In this document: positions 41,701 to 53,920 of the stretch, in pieces | Layout of the letters: every line of letters begins with the position of its first letter | How positions within the stretch are numbered: the stretch's first letter is position 1 | NCBI GenBank assembly: GCA_964016885.1 | Contig: OZ024744.1 | Span: 19,034,001-19,098,000 of the forward strand | DNA from: Eledone cirrhosa | Lineage: Eukaryota | Direction of reading: 5' to 3' | Length of the DNA: 64,000 nt | Notes under the pieces: generated by a model | The model's database searches: none | What the model was told of the DNA's origin: nothing | Seen by the model: only the letters and a program-made list of their open reading frames with translations | Position numbers and translations under genes: made by a program

Positions 41701-44700
41701 TTTCTGAATGTCTGTGTCACTGTGTATGTCACTGTGTGTTTCTGTATGTCTGTGTCACGGTGTATGTCACTGTATGTTTGTGTGTGTCTGTGTCACTGTG
41801 TATGTCACTGTGTGTTTGTGTATGTCTATGTCACTGTATGTTTCTGTATGTCTGTGTCACTGTGTATGTCATTGTATCTTTGTGTATGTCTGCGTCACTG
41901 TGTATGTCACTGTATGTTTCTGTATGTTTGTGTCATTGTGTATGTCACTGTGTGTTTCTGTATGTCTGTGTCTCTGTGTATGTCACTGTATGTTTCTGTA
42001 TGTCTGTTTCACTGTGTATGTCACTGTGTCTTTATGTATGTCTGTGTCACTCTGTATGTCACTGTATATTTCTGTATGTCTGTGTCACTGTGTATGTCAC
42101 TGTATGTTTCTGTATGTCTGTGTCACTATGTATGTCACTGTATGTTTCTGTATGTCTGTGTCACTGTGTATGTCACTGTATCTTTGTGTATGTCTCTGTC
42201 CCTGTGTATGTCACTGTGTGTTTCTGTATGTCTGTGTGACTGTTTATGTCATTGTGTGTTTCTGTATGTCTGTGTCACTGTATGTTTCCGTATGTCTGTG
42301 TCACTGTGAATGTAACTGTATCTTTGTGTATGTCTGTGTCACTGTGTATGTCGCTGTGTGTTTCTGAATGTCTGTGTATCTGTGTATGTCACTGTATCTT
42401 TGCGGATGTCTATGTCACTATGTATGTCACTGTGTGTTTCTGTATGTCTGTGTCACTGTGTATGTCCTGTGTGTTTCTGTAGCTCTGTTTCTCTGTGTAT
42501 GTCACTGTATCTTTGTGTATGTCTGTTTCACCATGTATGTCACTGTATCTTTGTGTATGTCTGTGTCACTGTGTATGTCACTGTGTGTTTCTGTATGTCT
42601 GTGTCACTGTGTGTTCCTGTATGTCTGTGTCACTGTGTATGTCACTGTGTGTTTCTGTATGTCTGTGTCACTGTGTATGTCACTGTATTTTTCTGTATGT
42701 CTGTGTCACTGTGTATGTCACTGTATCTTTCTGTATGGCTGTGTCACTGTGTATGTCCCTGTATCTTTGTGTATGTCTGTGTCACCGTGTATGTCACTGT
42801 ATCTTTGTGTATGTATGTGTCACTGTGTAAGTCATTGTATCTTTGTGTATGTCTGTGGCACTCTGTATGTCATTGTGTGTTTCTGTATGTCTGTGTCACT
42901 GTGTATGTCACTGTATCTATGTGTATGTCTGTGTATGTCTGTGTCACTGTGTATGTCCCTGTGTGTTTATGTATGCCTGTGTCACTGTGTATTTCACTGT
43001 TTGTTTCTGTATGTCTGTGTCACTTTGTATGTCACTGGGTGTTTCTGTATGTCTGTGTCACTCTGTATGTCACTGTATCTTTGTGTATGTCTCTGTCACC
43101 GTGTATGCCACTGTATCTTTGTGTATGTGTGTGTCACCATGTAAGTAACTTATCTTTGTGTATGTCTGTTTCACTGTGTATGTCTCTGTGTCTTTCTGTA
43201 TGTCTGTGTATCTGTGTATGTCACTGTATCTTTGTGGATGTCTGTGTCACCGTGTATGTCACTGTATATTTGTGTATGTCTATGTCACTGTGTATGTCAC
43301 TCTGTGTTTCTGAATGTCTGTGTAACTGTGTACGTCACTGTATCTTTGTGTATGTCTGTGTCGCGCTGTATGTCACTGTATCTTTGTGTATGTCTGTGTC
43401 ACAGTGTATGTCACTGTATGTTTCTGTATGTCTGTCACTGTGTATATCAATGTATGTTTATGTATGCCTGTGTCACTGTGTATATCAATGTATGTTTCTG
43501 TATGTCTATGTCTCTGTGTATGTCACTGTATCTTTGTGTATGACTGTGTCACTGTGTATGTCAATGTATCTTTGTGTATGTCTGTGTCACTGTGTATGTC
43601 ACTGTGTGTTTGTGTGTGTCTGTGTCACTGTGTATGTCACTGTATGTTTCTCTATGTCTGTGTCACGGTGTATGTCACTGTATGTTTGTGTGTGTCTGTG
43701 TCACTGTGTGTGTTTCTGTATGTCTGTGTCACTGTGTATGTCACTGTATGTTTCTGTATGTCTGTGTTACTGTGTATGTCACTGTATCTTTGTGTATGTC
43801 TGTGTCACTCTGTATCTCACTGTGTGTTTCTGTATGTCTGTGTCAATGTGTATGTCACTGTGTGTTTCTGTATGTCTGTGTCACTGTGTATGTCACTGTA
43901 TGTTTCTGTATGTCTGTTTCACTGTGTATGTCACTGTGTGTTTCTGTATGTCTGTGTCACTCTGTATGTCACTGTATATTTCTGTATGTCTGTGTCACTG
44001 TGTATGTCACGTCACTGTATGTTTCTGTATGTCTGTGTCACTGTGTATGTCACTGTATGTTTCTGTATGTCTGTATCACTGTATATGTCACTGTATCTTT
44101 GTGTATGCCTGTGTCACTGTTTATGTCACTGTATGTTTCTGTATATCTGTTTCACTGTGTATGTCACTGTATATTTGTGTATGTCTGTGTCACTCTGTAT
44201 GTCACTGTGTGTTTCTGTATGTCTGTGTCACTATGTATGCCACTGTATGTTTGTGTTATCTGTGTCATTGTGTATGTCACTGTGTGTTTCTGTATGTCTG
44301 TGTCACTGTGTATGACACTGTGTGTTTCTGTATGTACGTATCACTGTGTATGTCACTGTGTGTTTCTGTATGTCTGTGTCACTATGTAAGTCATTGTATC
44401 GTTGTGTATGTCTGTGGCACTCTGTATGTTGTTGTGTGTTTCTGTATGTATGTGTCTCTGTGTATGTCACTGTATCTTTGTGTATGTCTGTGTCACTGTG
44501 TATGTCACAGTGTGTTTCTGTATGTCTGTGTCACTGTGTATGTCACTGTATATTTGTGTATGTCTGTGTCACTGTCTATGTCACAGTAAGTTTCTGAATG
44601 TCTGTGTCACTGTGTTTGTCACTGTGTGTTTCTGTATATCTGTGTCACGGTGTATGTCACTGAATGTTTGTGTGTGTCTGTGTCACTGTGTATATCACTG

Positions 44701-46555
44701 TGTGTTTCTGTATGTCTGTGTGACTGTGTATGTCACTGTGTGTTTCTGTATGTATGTGTCACCGTGTATGTCACTGTATCTTTGTGTATGCCTGTGTCAC
44801 TGTGTATGTCACTGTGTGTTTCTGTATGTCTGTGTCACTGTGTATGTCACTGTGTGTTTCTGTATATTTGTGTCACTGTGTATGTCACTAAATGTTTGTG
44901 TGTGTCTGTGTCTCTGTGTATGTCACTGTGTGTTTGCGTGTGTCTGTGTCACTGTGTATGTCACTGTGTGTTTCTGTATGTCTGTGTGACTGTGTATGTC
45001 ACTGTGTGTTTGTGTATGTCTGTGTCACTGTGTGTGTTTCTGTATGTCTGTGTCACTGTGTATGTCACTGTATATTTGTGTATGTCTGTGTCACTCTGTA
45101 TGTCACTGTCTGTTTCTGTATGTCTGTGTCAATGTGTATGTCACTGTGTGTTTCTGTATGTATGTGTCACTGTGTATGTCACTGTATGTTTCTGTATGTC
45201 TGTTTCACTGTGTATGTCAGTGTGTGGTTCTGTATGTCTGTGTCACTCTGTATGTCACTGTATGTTTCTGAACGTTTGTGTCACTGTGTATGTCACTGTG
45301 TGTTTGCGTGTGTCTGTGTCACTGTGTATGTCACTGTGTGTTTCTGTATGTCTGTGTGACTGTGTATGTCACTCTGTGTTTGTATATGTCTGTGTCACTG
45401 TGTATGTCATTGTATCTTTGTGTATGTATGTGTCACTGTGTATGTCACTGTATCTTTATGTATGTCACTGTATCTTTGTGTATGTCTGTGTCATTGTGTA
45501 TGTCATTGTGTGTTTCTGTATGTTTGTGTCACTGTGTATGTCACTGTGTGTTTCTATATATCTGTGTCTCTGTGTATGTTACTGTATCTTTGTGTATGTC
45601 TGTGTCACTGTGTATGTTACTGTATCTTTGTGTATGTCTGTGTCACTCTATATGTCACTGTATGTATGTGTCACTGTGTATGTCAATGTGTGTTTCTGTA
45701 TCTCTGTGTCACGGTGTATGTCACTGTATGTTTGTTTATGTCTGTTTGACTGTGTATGTCACTGTATGTTACTGTATGTCTGTGTCACTCTGTATGTCAC
45801 TGTGTGTTTCTGTATGTCTGTGTCACTGTGTATGTCACTGTATCTTTGTGTATGCATGTGTCACTGTGTATGTCACTGTGTGTTTCTGTATGTCTGTGTC
45901 ACTGTCTATGTCACTGTATGTTTCTGAATGTCTGTGTAACTGTGTATGTCACTGTGTGTTTCTGTATGTCTGTGTCACGGTGTATGTTTGTGTGTGTCTG
46001 TGTCACTGTCTATGTCACTGTGTGTTTCTGTATGTATGTGTCACCGTGTGTGTCACTGTATCTTTGTGTATGCCTGTGTCACTGTGTATGTCACTGTGTG
46101 TTTCTGTATGTCTGTGTGAATGTGTATGTCACTGTGTGTTTGTGTATGTCTGTGACACTGTATGTTTCTGTATGTCTGTTTCACTGTGTATGTCACTGTG
46201 TGTTTCTGTATGTATGTGTCACCGTGTATGTCACTGTATGTTTGTGTATGCCTTTGCCACTGTGTATGTCACTGTGTGTTTCTGTATGTCTGTGTCACTG
46301 TGTATGTCATTGTGTGTTTCTGTATGTTTGTGTCACTGTGTATGTCACTAAATGTTTGGGTGTGTCTGTGTCTCTGTGTATGTCACTGTGTGTTTGCGTG
46401 TGTCTGTGTCACTGTGTATGTCACTGTGTGTTTCTGTATGTCTGTGTGACTGTGTATGTCACTCTGTGTTTGTGTATGTTTGTGTCACTGTGTGTGTTTC
46501 TGTATGTCTGTGTCACTGTGTATGTCATTGTATCTTTGTGTATGTATGTGTAACT

Positions 46556-48975
46556 GTGTATGTCATTGTGTGTTTGTGTATACCTGTGTCACTGTGTATG
46601 TTACTGTGAGTTTCTGTATGTCTGTGTCACTGTGTATGTCACTGTATATTTCTGTATGTCTGTGTCAGTGTGTATGTCACTGGGTGATTCTGTATGTCTG
46701 TGTCACACTGTATATCACTGTATATTTGTGTAGGTCTGTGTCACCGTGTATGTCACTGTATCTTTATGTATGTCTGTGTCACTGTATATGTCACTGTATC
46801 TTTGTGTATGTCTACGTCACTGTGTATGTCACTGTGTGTTTCTGTATCTCTGTGTCTTTGTGTATGTCACTGTACCTTTGTGTATGTCTGTGTCGCTGTG
46901 TATGTCACTGTGTGTTTCTGTATGTCTGTGTCACTGTGTATGTCAATGTGTGTTTCTGTGTATATGTGTCTGTGTATGTCACTGTATCTTTGTGTATGTC
47001 TGTGTCACTGTGTATGTCACTGTATCTTTGTGTATGTCGGTGTCACCGTGTATGTCACTGTAACGTTGTGTATATCTGTGTCACTGTGTATGTCACTGTA
47101 TCTGTGTGTATGTCTGTGTCACTGTGTATGTCACTGTGTGTTTCTGTATGTATGTGTCACGGTGTATGTCACTGTATGTTTGTGTATGTCTGTGTCACTG
47201 TGTATGTCACTGTATCTTTGTGTATGTCTGTCTCACTGTGTATGTCACTGTGTGTTTCTGTATATCTGTGTCACTGTGTATGTCTCTGTGTGTTTCTGTA
47301 TGTCTGTGTCACTGTGTATATCACATGTATGTTTGTGTATGCCTGTGTCACGCAGTATGTCACTGTATGTTTGTGCGTGTCTGTGTCACTGTGTACGTCA
47401 CTGTGTGTTTATGTATGTATGTGTCACCGTGTATGTCACTATATCTTTGTGTATGCCTGTGTAACTGTGTATGTCACTGTGTGTTTCTGTATGTCTGTGT
47501 CACTGTGTATGTCACTGTGTGTTTCTGTATATTTGTGTCACTGTGTATGTCACTAAATGTTTGTGTGTGTCTGTGTCTCTATGTATGTCACTGTGTGTTT
47601 GCGTGTGTCTGTGTCACTGTGTATGTCACTGTGTGTTTCTGTATGTCTGTGAGACTGTGTATGTCACTGTGTGTTTGTGTATGTCTGTGTCACTGTGTGT
47701 GTTTCTGTATGTCTGTGTCACTGTGTATGTCACTGTATCTTTGTGTATGTCTGTGTCACTCTGTATGTCATTGTGTGTTTGTGTATACCTGTGTCACTGT
47801 GTATGTTACTGTGAGTTTCTGTATGTCTGTGTCACTGTGTATGTCACTGTATATTTCTGTATGTCTGTGTCAGTGTGTATGTCACTGGGTGATTCTGTAT
47901 GTCTGTGTCACACTGTATATCACTGTATATTTGTGTAGGTCTGTGTCACCGTGTATGTCACTGTATCTTTATGTATGTCTGTGTCACTGTATATGTCACT
48001 GTATCTTTGTGTATGTCTACGTCACTGTGTATGTCACTGTGTGTTTCTGTATCTCTGTGTCTTTGTGTATGTCACTGTACCTTTGTGTATGTCTGTGTCG
48101 CTGTGTATGTCACTGTGTGTTTCTGTATGTCTGTGTCACTGTGTATGTCAATGTGTGTTTCTGTGTATATGTGTCTGTGTATGTCACTGTATCTTTGTGT
48201 ATGTCTGTGTCACTGTGTATGTCACTGTATCTTTGTGTATGTCGGTGTCACCGTGTATGTCACTGTAACGTTGTGTATATCTGTGTCACTGTGTATGTCA
48301 CTGTATCTGTGTGTATGTCTGTGTCACTGTGTGTGTCACTGTGTGTTTCTGTATGTATGTGTCACGGTGTATGTCACTGTATGTTTGTGTATGTCTGTGT
48401 CACTGTGTATGTCACTGTATCTTTGTGTATGTCTGTCTCACTGTGTATGTCACTGTGTGTTTCTGTATATCTGTGTCACTGTGTATGTCTCTGTGTGTTT
48501 CTGTATGTCTGTGTCACTGTGTATATCACATGTATGTTTGTGTATGCCTGTGTCACGCAGTATGTCACTGTATGTTTGTGCGTGTCTGTGTCACTGTGTA
48601 CGTCACTGTGTGTTTATGTATGTATGTGTCACCGTGTATGTCACTATATCTTTGTGTATGCCTGTGTAACTGTGTATGTCACTGTGTGTTTCTGTATGTC
48701 TGTGTCACTGTGTATGTCACTGTGTGTTTCTGTATATTTGTGTCACTGTGTATGTCACTAAATGTTTGTGTGTGTCTGTGTCTCTATGTATGTCACTGTG
48801 TGTTTGCGTGTGTCTGTGTCACTGTGTATGTCACTGTGTGTTTCTGTATGTCTGTGAGACTGTGTATGTCACTGTGTGTTTGTGTATGTCTGTGTCACTG
48901 TGTGTGTTTCTGTATGTCTGTGTCACTGTGTATGTCACTGTATCTTTGTGTATGTCTGTGTCACTCTGTATGTCA
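46556..48975. repeat. Head-to-tail tandem duplication of a 1205-bp unit
   Basis: Identical ORFs 46694/47899 and 46746/47951. Markers gtatacct, ctgggtgatt (46680/47885), cacgcagtat and gtgagact appear in both copies. Confidence 0.92.
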
Positions 48976-49029
48976 CTGTCTGTTTCTGTATGTCTGTGTC
49001 AATGTGTATGTCACTGTGTGTTTCTGTAT

Positions 49030-52000
49030 GTCTGTGTCACGGTGTATGTCACTGTATGTTTGTGTGTGTCTGTGTCACTGTCTATGTCACTGTGTGTTTC
49101 TGTATGTCTGTGTCACCGTGTATGTCACTGTATCTTTGTGTATGCCTGTGTCACTGTGTATGTCACTGTGTGTTTCTGTATGTCTGTGTGAATGTGTATG
49201 TCACTGTGTGTTTGTGTATGTCTGTGACACTGTATGTTTCTGTATGTCTGTTTCACTGTGTATGTCACTGTGTGTTTCTGTATGTATGTGTCACCGTGTA
49301 TGTCACTGTATGTTTGTGTATGCCTTTGTCACTGTGTATGTCACTGTGTGTTTCTGTATGTCTGTGTCACTGTGTATGTCATTGTGTGTTTCTGTATGTT
49401 TGTGTCACTGTGTATGTCACTAAATGTTTGTGTGTGTCTGTGTCTCTGTGTATGTCACTGTGTGTTTGCGTGTGTCTGTGTCACTGTGTATGTCACTGTG
49501 TGTTTCTGTATGTCTGTGTGACTGTGTATGTCACACTGTGTTTGTGTATGTCTGTGTCACTGTGTGTGTTTCTGTATGTCTGTGTCACTGTGTATGTCAT
49601 TGTATCTTTGTGTATGTATGTGTAACTGTGTATGTCATTGTGTGTTTGTGTATACCTGTATCACTGTGTATGTTACTGTGAGTTTCTGTATGTCTGTGTC
49701 ACTGTGTATGTCACTGTATATTTCTGTATGTCTGTGTCAGTGTGTATGTCACTGGGTGATTCTGTATGTCTGTGTCACACTGTATATCACTGTATCATTG
49801 TGTAGGTCTGTGTCACTGTGTATGTCACTGTGTGTTTCTGTATATCTGTGTCACTGTGTATGTCAATGTGTGTTTCTGTGTATATGTGTCTGTGTATGTC
49901 ACTGTATCTTTGTGTATGTCGGTGTCACCGTGTATGTCACTGTATCTTTGTGTATGTCGGTGTCACCGTGTATGTCACTGTAACTTTGTGTATATCTGTG
50001 TCACTGTGTATGTCACTGTATCTGTGTGTATGTCTGTGTCACTGTGTATGTCACTGTGTGTTTCTGTATGTATGTGTCACGGTGTATGTCACTGTATGTT
50101 TGTGTATGTCTGTGTCACTGTGTATGTCACTGTATTTTGTGTATGTCTGTCTCACTGTGTATGTCACTGTGTGTTTCTGTATATCTGTGTCACTGTGTAT
50201 GTCTCTGTGTGTTTCTGTATGTCTGTGTCACTGTGTATATCACATGTATGTTTGTGTATGCCTGTGTCACGGTGTATGTCACTGTATGTTTGTGCGTGTC
50301 TGTGTCACTGTGTATGTCACTGTGTGTTTCTGTATGTATGTGTCACCGTGTATGTCACTGTATCTTTGTGTATGCCTGTGTCACTGTGTATGTCACTGTG
50401 TGTTTCTGTATGTCTGTGTCACTGTGTATGTCACTGTGTGTTTCTGCATATTTGTGTCACTGTGTATGTCACTAAATGTTTGTGTGTGTCTGTGTCTCTG
50501 TGTATGTCACTGTGTGTTTGCGTGTGTCTGTGTCACTGTGTGTTTCTGTATGTCTGTGTGACTGTGTATGTCACTGTGTGTTTGTGTATGTCTGTGTCAC
50601 TGTGTGTGTTTCTGTATGTCTGTGTCACTGTGTATGTCACTGTATCTTTGTGTATGTCTGTGTCACTCTGTATGTCACTGTCTGTTTCTGTATGTCTGTG
50701 TCAATGTGTATGTCACTGTGTGTTTCTGTATGTCTGTGTCACTGTGTATGTCACTGTATGTTTCTGTATGTCTGTTTCACTGTGTATGTCACTGTGTGTT
50801 TCTGTATGTCTGTGTCACGGTGTATGTCACTGTATGTTTGTGTGTGTCTGTGTCACTGTCTATGTCACTGTGTGTTTCTGTATGTCTGTGTCACCGTGTA
50901 TGTCATTGTATCTTTGTGTATGCCTGTGTCACTGTGTATGTCACTGTGTGTTTCTGTATGTCTGTGTGAATGCGTATGTCACTGTGTGTTTGTGTATGTC
51001 TGTGACACTGTATGTTTCTGTATGTCTGTTTCACTGTGTATGTCACTGTGTGTTTCTGTATGTATGTGTCACCGTGTATGTCACTGTATGTTTGTGTATG
51101 CCTTTGTCACTGTGTATGTCACTGTGTGTTTCTGTATGTCTGTGTCACTGTGTATGTCATTGTGTGTTTCTTTATGTTTGTGTCACTGTGTATGTCACTA
51201 AATGTTTGTGTGTGTCTGTGTCTCTGTGTATGTCACTGTGTGTTTGCGTGTGTCTGTGTCACTGTGTATGTCACTGTGTGTTTCTGTATGTCCGTGTGAC
51301 TGTGTATGTCACTCTGTGTTTGTGTATGTCTGTGTCACTGTGTGTGTTTCTGTATGTCTGTGTCACTGTGTATGTCATTGTATCTTTGTGTATGTATGTG
51401 TAACTGTGTATGTCATTGTGTGTTTGTGTATACCTGTGTCACTGTGTATGTTACTGTGAGTTTCTGTATGTCTGTGTCACTGTGTATGTCACTGTATATT
51501 TCTGTATGTCTGTGTCAGTGTGTATGTCACTGGGTGATTCTGTATGTCTGTGTCACACTGTATATCACTGTATCTTTGTGTAGGTCTGTGTCACCGTGTA
51601 TGTCACTGTATCTTTATGTATGTATGTGTCACTGTATATGTCACTGTATCTTTGTGTATGTCTACGTCACTGTGTATGTCACTGTGTGGTTCTGTATCTC
51701 TGTGTCTTTGTGTATGTCACTGTACCTTTGTGTATGTCTGTGTCACTGTGTATGTCACTGTGTGTTTCTGTATGTCTGTGTCACTGTGTATGTCAATGTG
51801 TGTTTCTGTGTATATGTGTCTGTGTATGTCACTGTATCTTTGTGTATGTCTGTGTCCCTGTGTATGTCACTGTATCTTTGTGTATGTCGGTGTCACCGTG
51901 TATGTCACTGTAACGTTGTGTATATCTGTGTCACTGTGTATGTCACTGTATCTGTGTGTATGTCTGTGTCACTGTGTATGTCACTGTGTGTTTCTGTATG

Positions 52001-52240
52001 TATGTGTCACTGTGTATGCCACTGTATCTTTGTGTATGTCTGTCTCACTGTGTATGTCACTGTGTGTTTCTGTATATCTGTGTCACTGTGTATGTCTCTG
52101 TGTGTTTCTGTATGTCTGTGTCACTGTGTATATCACATGTATGTTTGTGTATGCCTGTGTCACGGTGTATGTCACTGTATGTTTGTGCGTGTCTGTGTCA
52201 CTGTGTATGTCACTGTGTGTTTCTGTATGTCTGTGTCACT
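49030..52240. repeat. Two further, partly deleted copies of the ~45960-47760 block (offset 3072, then a further 1778)
   Basis: ORF series 46162/49234/51012 and 46352/49424/51202. Marker ctgggtgatt occurs at 46680, 49752 and 51530. Confidence 0.85.
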
Positions 52241-53242
52241 GTGTAAGTCATTGTATCTTTGTGTATGTCTGTGGCACTCTGTATGTCGTTGTATGTTTCT
52301 GTATGTATGTGTCTCTGTGTATGTATGTGTCACTGTGTATGTCACTGTGAGTTTCTGTATGTCTGTGTCACTGTGTATGTCACTGTATGTATCTGTATGT
52401 CTGTGTCACTGTCTATGTCACTGTATCTTTGTGTATGTCTGTGTCACTGTGTATGTCACTGTGTGTTCATGTATTTCTGTGTCTCTGTATATGTCACTGT
52501 ATCTTTGTGTATGTCTGCGTCACTGTGTATGTCACTGTATGTTTGTGTATGTCTGTGTCACTGTGTGTTTCTGTATGTGTGTGTCACTGTGTATATCACT
52601 GTATGTTTGTGTATGTCTGTGTCACGGTGTATGTCACTGTATGTTTGTGTGTGTCTGTGTCACCGTGTATGTCACTGTGTGTTTGTGTATGTCTGTGTCA
52701 CTGTATGTTTGTGTATGTCTGTGTCACTGTGTATGTCACTGTGTGTTTCTGTATGTCTGTGTCACTGTGTATATCATTGTATCTTTGTGTATGTCTGTGT
52801 CACTGTGTATGTCACTGATGTCACTGTATGTTTCTGTATGTCTGTGTCACTGTGTATGTCACTGTGTGTTTATGTATGTTTGTGTCACTGTGTATGTCAC
52901 TAAATGTTTGTGTGTGTCTGTGTCTCTATGTATGTCACTGTGTATTTGCGTGTGTCTGTGTCCCTGTGTATATCACTGTTTGTTTGTGTATGTCTGTGTC
53001 ACTGTGTACGTCATTGCATCTTTGTGTATGTCTGTGTCACTATGTATGTCACTGTGTGTTTCTGTATGTCTGTGTCAATGTGTATGTCACTGTATGTTTC
53101 TGTATGTCTGTTTCACTGTGTATATCACTGTGTGTTTCTGTATGTCTGTGTCACTGTATATGTCACTATATCTTTGTGTATGCCTGTGTCACTGTCTATG
53201 TCACTGTATGTTTCTGTATGTCTGTTTCACTATGTATGCCAC

Positions 53243-53920
53243 TGTGTCTTTCTGTATGTATGTATCAATGTGTATGTCACTGTGTGTATCTGTATGTCTG
53301 TGTCACTGTGTAAGTCGTTGTATCTTTGTGTATGTCTGTGGCACTCTGTATGTCGTTGTGTGTTTCTGTATGTATGTGTCTCTGTGTATGTCACTGTATA
53401 TTTGTGTATGTATGTGTCACTGTGTATGTCACTGTGAGTTTCTCTACTTCTGTGTCACTGTGTATGTCACTGTATGTCTCTGTATGTCTGTGTCACTGTC
53501 TATGTCACTGTATCTTTGTGTATGTCTGTGTCACTGTGTATGTCACTGTGTGTTTATGTATTTCTGTGTCTCTGTGTATGACACTGTCTTTCTGTATGTA
53601 TGTATCACTGTGTATGTCACTGTGTGTATCTGTATGTCTGTGTCACTGTGTAAGTCATTGTATCTTTGTGTATGTCTGTGGCACTCTGTATGTCGTTGTG
53701 TGTTTCTGTATGTATGTGTCTCTGTGTATGTCACTGTATATTTGTGTATGTATGTGTCACTGTGTATGTCACTGTGAGTTTCTCTACTTCTGTGTCACTG
53801 TGTATGTCACTGTATGTCTCTGTATGTCTGTGTCACTGTATGTGTCACTGTATTTTTGTGTATGTCTGTGTCACTGTGTATGTCACTGTGTGTTTATGTA
53901 TTTCTGTTTCTCTGTGTATG
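53243..53920. repeat. Tandem duplication of a 340-bp unit (9 monomers minus 2 bp)
   Basis: ORF starts 53326/53666. Marker gtgagtttctctacttct occurs at ~53434 and ~53774, with a third copy near 55600. Confidence 0.88.

Noticed and set aside
53543-53734. Only minus-strand ORF (63 aa, Thr/His-rich)
   Set aside because: The minus strand has TGA twice per monomer. This ORF exists only because local variants remove in-frame stops near the 340-bp duplication junction.
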